This document shows, one piece after another, positions 58,501 to 64,000 of a stretch of DNA of 64,000 bases. The DNA lies in the UHGV virus genome UHGV-0093367; one strand, written 5' to 3'. Under the pieces are notes generated by a model, which saw nothing but the letters and a program-made list of their open reading frames with translations, was not told the origin of the DNA and searched no databases. Source of the stretch: a virus. The first letter of the stretch is position 1. Every line of letters starts with the position of its first letter. The translations under genes and the position numbers were made by a program.

Positions 58501-59292
58501 TTAATTAACTTGTTCTATTTGTTTCAAAATATCGTATTGAGCTAACAGTGTTTTCAACGTTTCTAAAACTGCTTTGTCCACATCCGAATAATTGTTAACT
58601 CCGATATTATATTTGGATTCGATTTCTTTTATCTTTTCTTCAAGCATAAGCTTAAACATTTTTTCATGCTCCTCATTCAATGCACTACGTAAAAGGGCGT
58701 CGTATACAAAAGCGTATGTAATTGTTGATTCGCATAGTTTTGAACCATGGGTATTTATTCTTGTTCTAGCCAATGCTGTTTCCAACTTAAATATAGGCAT
58801 TTTTATACCATATTGTTCTCTTAGTATTTTTTCAGCTTGTACACTGCATCTACGATATAAACCGCCCTCGTTTCTTCTTTTAAATATCCATTGTAAAAAT
58901 AATCTTCTGTTTAATATATCTGGTGAATCTTCGTGACAATTTCTACAAAGCAACATAAGATTTGATGGTATATCTTCTCCTTGAAGCGCATTCGGACGTA
59001 TGTGGGCTCGTTGCAAAGCGTGTCTAACATCCTTGCGCGAATAAATATATTTAATCCCAGTGTCGTCATCTCTTTTCAAAGCATCAAGATACTTATCTTC
59101 TTCATCCATGTCCTCATAATCAATTGCAGAACGCCCACATGCAAAACATTCAGGTTCGCCATAGTCGTTAACGATTGCTATTACATCTCCAATATGATGT
59201 TTTGGGTAACCAGAATAGCAATTCCCACGCCCGTCAATATATTTATCTTTCCAATAATTAAATATTTCAAAATGTGTTGTTTTAATTGCCAT
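58501..59292 (-). CDS. HNH endonuclease
   Basis: CFACG..RAHIRP..G..SNLMLLCRNCH; AT-rich insertion between the ATPase and recT. Confidence 0.75.
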   Translation of the reverse strand: MAIKTTHFEIFNYWKDKYIDGRGNCYSGYPKHHIGDVIAIVNDYGEPECFACGRSAIDYEDMDEEDKYLDALKRDDDTGIKYIYSRKDVRHALQRAHIRPNALQGEDIPSNLMLLCRNCHEDSPDILNRRLFLQWIFKRRNEGGLYRRCSVQAEKILREQYGIKMPIFKLETALARTRINTHGSKLCESTITYAFVYDALLRSALNEEHEKMFKLMLEEKIKEIESKYNIGVNNYSDVDKAVLETLKTLLAQYDILKQIEQVN

Positions 59293-59305
59293 ATCATTTG
59301 CTCTC

Positions 59306-61333
59306 TCAAATCTCCGTTACCGTCATATCCCCCTCAGCAACTTTCAGGAATATCAACTGCGTATCTGCCTTAATGCCTGCCAGACTGCTGTTGTCCAGTT
59401 CTGCCGCACAGTCTACGAATATCGGATAACTCACACCGTAAAACTTCTGCAATCCGTTCATGATGGCAATTTTGCCTTTCATCATCAGGGCTGTATTGGC
59501 GTTCCCGATCAGTTTCTTCCAGTTGCCGTCCTTGTCCTGCACGTACCAGATGCAAGCATCTACTACTTCACCATTTTTCTGCGTATCAAATAACTTCACT
59601 TTAACACCGTCAAAATACTGGTTTACCGCATCTTCAAGGGCTGTATTCTTCGCCATGCTCAGTGATTTCAGTTCATCCAGAATCATCTGTGCGTCAGCCT
59701 TATTCTGTGCATACTGTTTCTGCCTTTCCTGAATCTTCTCGATCTGTTCATCAATTCGGATATTGTTGTTGGCTTCTCCGATTTTCTGATTGACTGCTGC
59801 CAGTTCCTGATTCTTGCCGGATAACTGCTCCGAAAGCTGTTTCTTTGCTTCTTCGCCATCGTCCAGAGAATAAAGCTCCTGTTCTTTCTCTTTGATTGTT
59901 GTAAGAATCTGCTGATATTCAGCGTTTTCCGATAAATCTGGCTCTTTTGGTATAGCTTCCAAATTCTTGTTTTCTGCGTCCAGAGAAGTCTTAATCTGCT
60001 CTAATTCCTCTGTCAGCTTGGAAATCTCGGATGTAAGATTTTCTTCCTGCTTATGCGCTTCTTTCATATCTGCTGACGCTTTATTTCCAATTTGAATAAC
60101 TTCATCAAGTTTGCGTTTCTTGTCCTGTTCCCATTCTTCCTTAGCCTTTAACTGCTGATTGATTCTTTCCTGCTTTTTCTGCTCGAATCTGCTCTTTAAC
60201 TGCTCAATCTGCTCTGTCGGAAGATTCTGACCACAAGTCGGGCAAATGGTATCTACGTCCTTGAATATCTCGGATTTAATGCTTTCCAGAACTGTGTTGT
60301 CCCATTCTGTATCTTTAATTTTTGGATATTGCGTTCTGGCATTCTGTAATTTTTCAAGAAGTTCTTTCTTCTGCGCTCTCAGAATTACCAAAGCAGAAGT
60401 CTCTCTGTTTAATTCGGCTGCTTTCAGATTTCTTTCTGTCCGCAACTCGTTGATTTTAATTTGAATTGCAGTTTTCCTTGTCGAGATTTCTTCATGTGCT
60501 TTTGACTCGAAAGAATATTTCTGAACACCTAAATCTGAAAGTTCTGCTCTGAGTTTGCTGCTACGCTCGTTTCCTGCCTGCGCAATCTGCGTTTCAAGGT
60601 CTGAAATCTGTTCCTGAAAGGCATTCTTCTGCAATTCCAACTCCGCAACATCAGTGTCAACCTTTGACTGTTCCATACCGATGATCTGGTTTGGAATGGC
60701 TTTCAGTTGTTCTTCTGCCTTTTTCAGCGTTGCGCTGTTCATGGCTTTGATTTCGTCTGCCTTGTAGGTTTCCAGAAGTGGTACCAGTTCGGCACAGTCT
60801 GGAACTGTCTTGGCAATCTCTAAATCCGATTTTCCGGCACCGTCTGACATAGAGAACAGAATCTTTCTGGCGTCTGCATCTTTCAGGTCTGTGAAGATTT
60901 CCATATGGGACAACATCAGGAAATTGTCAAAATCAAATCCCCTCTCTTTTAAATCAGCTTTAAAATCTCTTTCAGCTTTGGGAACGCCGTTGATTTCATA
61001 TTTATTTGACAATGCAACCTTTCCCGGTTTTCCGTCCTTTGGCTTGCTTTCTGTGCGCTTCTGGAACTTCGCTACGCTTACCGGTTTTCCATCAATTACA
61101 AGGTCAATGTCGGCTCTCGGAAGGCATTCCCTGCCATCATCCGGTCTAATATCCGGGTTACTCTTTAAACTGTAGTCCTTGTCACAGAACACCCACATAA
61201 AAGCATCTGCCAATGTGGTTTTCCCGCATCCGTTCTTCCCGGAAACGACTGTTCTGTGTCCAAACCCTATTTTCTTTTCTGACTGGCCTTTAAAATCGGT
61301 CAATCTAATTTCTCTTACTTCGATTTTCTTCAT
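59306..61333 (-). CDS. SbcC/Rad50-like coiled-coil ATPase
   Basis: GKNGCGKTT, long coiled coil with a CPTCG hook, PIFVDCAAEL. Confidence 0.85.
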   Translation of the reverse strand: MKKIEVREIRLTDFKGQSEKKIGFGHRTVVSGKNGCGKTTLADAFMWVFCDKDYSLKSNPDIRPDDGRECLPRADIDLVIDGKPVSVAKFQKRTESKPKDGKPGKVALSNKYEINGVPKAERDFKADLKERGFDFDNFLMLSHMEIFTDLKDADARKILFSMSDGAGKSDLEIAKTVPDCAELVPLLETYKADEIKAMNSATLKKAEEQLKAIPNQIIGMEQSKVDTDVAELELQKNAFQEQISDLETQIAQAGNERSSKLRAELSDLGVQKYSFESKAHEEISTRKTAIQIKINELRTERNLKAAELNRETSALVILRAQKKELLEKLQNARTQYPKIKDTEWDNTVLESIKSEIFKDVDTICPTCGQNLPTEQIEQLKSRFEQKKQERINQQLKAKEEWEQDKKRKLDEVIQIGNKASADMKEAHKQEENLTSEISKLTEELEQIKTSLDAENKNLEAIPKEPDLSENAEYQQILTTIKEKEQELYSLDDGEEAKKQLSEQLSGKNQELAAVNQKIGEANNNIRIDEQIEKIQERQKQYAQNKADAQMILDELKSLSMAKNTALEDAVNQYFDGVKVKLFDTQKNGEVVDACIWYVQDKDGNWKKLIGNANTALMMKGKIAIMNGLQKFYGVSYPIFVDCAAELDNSSLAGIKADTQLIFLKVAEGDMTVTEI

Positions 61334-61334
61334 A

Positions 61335-61952
61335 TTACAAAACCTCTAATTTCTTTACTGATACCTCTAACGCTGTTACCCATGATTGAGTCTGATCAGA
61401 CCACAGTTCCCGGCTTTGGAATCTTCCACGGAGTTTGATTTTTGCTCCCTTTTTCAGATTTTCTACGGCATCTGCGTTTTCCTCCCAGCACAAACAACTG
61501 ATTACGTCTGATCTGGTATATCCGGCTTTCTTCTTTCTGTTTACTGCCAGAAGTATTCTTGCCAACTTCCTGTCATTGCTTGTGCCAATCATCTTTATTG
61601 TCGGCTTTTTAATCAGATATCCAGTCAGGTAAACTTCGTTCGCATCGTGCTCTTCCAGTCTTTCAAGATACTGAATGTCCATTGCTCTTACATATGCTGT
61701 AAGGCTTTTCTTACCATCTTCCCGGACTGTACGGCTTCGCATTTCACCATATACACTAGCAATCAGTTCTGTTTCTCTGGAAATCATGTATTCTGGTGCA
61801 ATAATTGGAAGAATGTCATAGGATGCACTCTTTCTAAATATTGTCATTCTTCCCTCATACATCTTGGTTCCGCCGTATTCTTCATGTGAGAATACGAACC
61901 CCGCCGGAATGTCACCAGATAAAAGTACTTGGTTTTCGTCACGAATTTTCAT
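61335..61952 (-). CDS. ssb: Tandem-OB single-stranded DNA-binding protein
   Basis: NQVLLSG..YGEMRSR and NEVYLTG..LAVNR..RGRFQSR. Confidence 0.8.
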   Translation of the reverse strand: MKIRDENQVLLSGDIPAGFVFSHEEYGGTKMYEGRMTIFRKSASYDILPIIAPEYMISRETELIASVYGEMRSRTVREDGKKSLTAYVRAMDIQYLERLEEHDANEVYLTGYLIKKPTIKMIGTSNDRKLARILLAVNRKKKAGYTRSDVISCLCWEENADAVENLKKGAKIKLRGRFQSRELWSDQTQSWVTALEVSVKKLEVL

Positions 61953-62420
61953 TTCCTAAATCACCTTCTTCATTCAACAGCAATAATGTCTCCACAAGAA
62001 CTGCTGCCTGCTTTAAAACAATGTTACTGAGTTTCTTGTTTCTTGCTTCGAGTTTTGCGTTTTCTGCTTCCAGATCACAAATAATCTCGCTTGCAAGTGG
62101 TTTCTGTTCGTTGGATGTGTGTGTTTTAGACATAAAAATGCCCTCCTAATTATTTATTTGATAAATACAGGAAGGTGTGTTATACTTGTCCTGTATTTAA
62201 CTTAGCCAAATTAAGTTAGATACGCGGCTCCATGTGGTATGTCGGTACCTATGGAGCCAACTTTTATTCGCTTTCTTTGGTGCAGAGGCCCAGCATTGCG
62301 AAGCACACTTTCTTCTCAACTAAGGCGCCTTCCTCTGCTCTGAGATACGCTTCAAACGCTTTCATCCTACCTACAAGCTCGGCGTATTCCTCGGCTACGG
62401 TCTCTGCTCTGAAATCCATC

Positions 62421-62744
62421 TTATTTTCTTTCTTCATCACAATCCCCCTCACAATACGGACATTTGTTGTCCATCAAAATTTTGTTCAAATGGTCAGTTA
62501 CTTTCTTTACATTCTCTTCCTGCTGATAACCGCCCTCTGCAATGCTGTACATATCAAACTCTCTTAATGAATTTTCCTTATATATGTTGATGTGCAAGCT
62601 GCATCCGATCTTGTAGTTTGCGAAATGAAATGCTACCGTTCTGCCGGTTTCTTTCTGAACTCTCCGGCATAACTGGTACAGCTCATCTACGGTCTTATCA
62701 AATTCATTTATCTTCATCGAAAAGCCCTCCAAGTAAATCATCAA
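62421..62744 (-). CDS. Hypothetical protein
   Basis: ~98-107 aa in the early operon. Confidence 0.45.
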   Translation of the reverse strand: MMIYLEGFSMKINEFDKTVDELYQLCRRVQKETGRTVAFHFANYKIGCSLHINIYKENSLREFDMYSIAEGGYQQEENVKKVTDHLNKILMDNKCPYCEGDCDEERK

Positions 62745-63194
62745 ATAATGTTTTTACAACTTCTTTGATTTTTTCTTTTTGAATAGTTTTAAATTCTTCT
62801 TCGTTCATCAGTCCGATTTTGACCGCTTCGTCAATCTCCTGCTTCACAGATTCCTCTGTTTCTTTGCCGTCTTCCATAATGGTTTCTTTGATTCCACGAA
62901 TGACAACGGCTAAGTCAGCTATTAATTCCGCTTTGCTTCATTCGAGTGTAAGCTTTCCTGCTTTCGTATTAATCATCTTTCTTCTCCTCCGATTCTTTTA
63001 ATTCATCCGGGTAAATAACCACGAATGATAAAACAAATATTACGATTGCTACTGCAACCGGCTGTGATGCACTGTCAAATCTCCAGAACGGCAAGTACGG
63101 TGACATACCGCCGATCAGAGCTGACAAGATTAATGCTTTTGCCGTTTTTATGTCCCTCCGATATAATATTGAGTTTTATTCTGTATCTCCTTAC

Positions 63195-63578
63195 CTATTT
63201 AATTTGTACATCTGGAATTAATCTTTCAGGATAGAAAACTAATTCATAATGGTATTTATCTGCGCTATTAGGTTCTGTCTGTTCCATTACATAGCAAGTC
63301 CAATCGTTCAAGTATATGTAATCCTTGTAGTAACTGTTCTCTCCAGTTTTGATTGTTACCACCAATTCACTTGAACTGTTGTTACTAAGTGACATATATC
63401 CCTCTGCCCGTAACATAATTGTGTCAGTTCTGGCATTAGTTACAGTGATTTTTCTGTACACATTAAACTCATTGGCTTCTTTTGATAAATTATGATTTAC
63501 TGTGTCCGCTGTCGTGCAACCAGCTAATCCAAATGCTATAATTCCAGATAACAAAATTGCTGCTATTCTTTTTCTCAT
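63195..63578 (-). CDS. Phage lipoprotein
   Basis: Signal peptide with LAGC lipobox. Confidence 0.75.
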   Translation of the reverse strand: MRKRIAAILLSGIIAFGLAGCTTADTVNHNLSKEANEFNVYRKITVTNARTDTIMLRAEGYMSLSNNSSSELVVTIKTGENSYYKDYIYLNDWTCYVMEQTEPNSADKYHYELVFYPERLIPDVQIK

Positions 63579-63623
63579 GTATTTCCTTTCTTGTGTTATA
63601 ATCACCTCAAAGGAGGTGATAAC

Positions 63624-63837
63624 GATGGATAAGTTACAAATCGCTCATGATTTGGCTGTTGCTAAGTTATGCGCTGAATTACCGGGATGTCTGGATAACC
63701 CTCATATCTGCCAGAGATACTTCAAATACCGCGCAGAATTTGTTGATCTTCTGGATTCCCACGATGAAGATTACTTTCTCAATGAACTGGATAAAGAGAA
63801 AGTAAATAATTGTTCTCCATCTCGGCGCTACTTTTAA
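63624..63837 (+). CDS. Small counter-oriented hypothetical protein
   Basis: MDKLQIAHDLAVAKL, with an AGGAGGTG RBS. Confidence 0.55.
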
Positions 63838-64000
63838 TCGTTAGATTTTTCCCCTGATGTGCTCTTTGTTGTTCTGCCAATATAGAGCACATCCTCAAGG
63901 GAAAACTGAATTTTGTTATTAATTCCGTTTTCATTCCATCCGTATTCAACAATTGACTGTTTGTCGAAATTAATTTTTTCATACACCTCTGCCGGGACAC

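Overview
The window is 64 kb of a temperate, long-tailed (siphovirus-type) phage of a gut Clostridia host. Lachnospiraceae is the likely host, but that is inferred from gene content. Almost all genes lie on the - strand. Read right to left, the window holds: early recombination, replication and methylase genes; a tyrosine integrase followed by an intact attP, so this is the excised or virion form; a divergent, operator-controlled anti-defence island; terS; a tRNA/RtcB accessory block; terL, portal and head genes; a ~10.7 kb insertion splitting the neck genes; and tail genes up to a tape measure gene that runs off the left edge. The strongest candidate for a new system is at 36.1-38.6 kb. An orphan type I-B-like cas5 is followed directly by a degenerate repeat-25 nt spacer-repeat unit and a terminator. 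It sits at the end of an operon of small acidic proteins, under consensus promoters that carry a six-copy operator next to an RHH (Aca-like) repressor. Other highlights: a group I intron with exact U/G splice junctions in the tape measure gene; fibre cassettes bounded by AACTAAA sites next to a truncated recombinase; a DGR-style variable C-terminus; a five-gene module of unknown function with its own activator; a -1 frameshift extension of the major capsid protein; and rtcB between direct repeats beside real and degenerate tRNAs. All family assignments come from motif recognition by eye. No database search was run.
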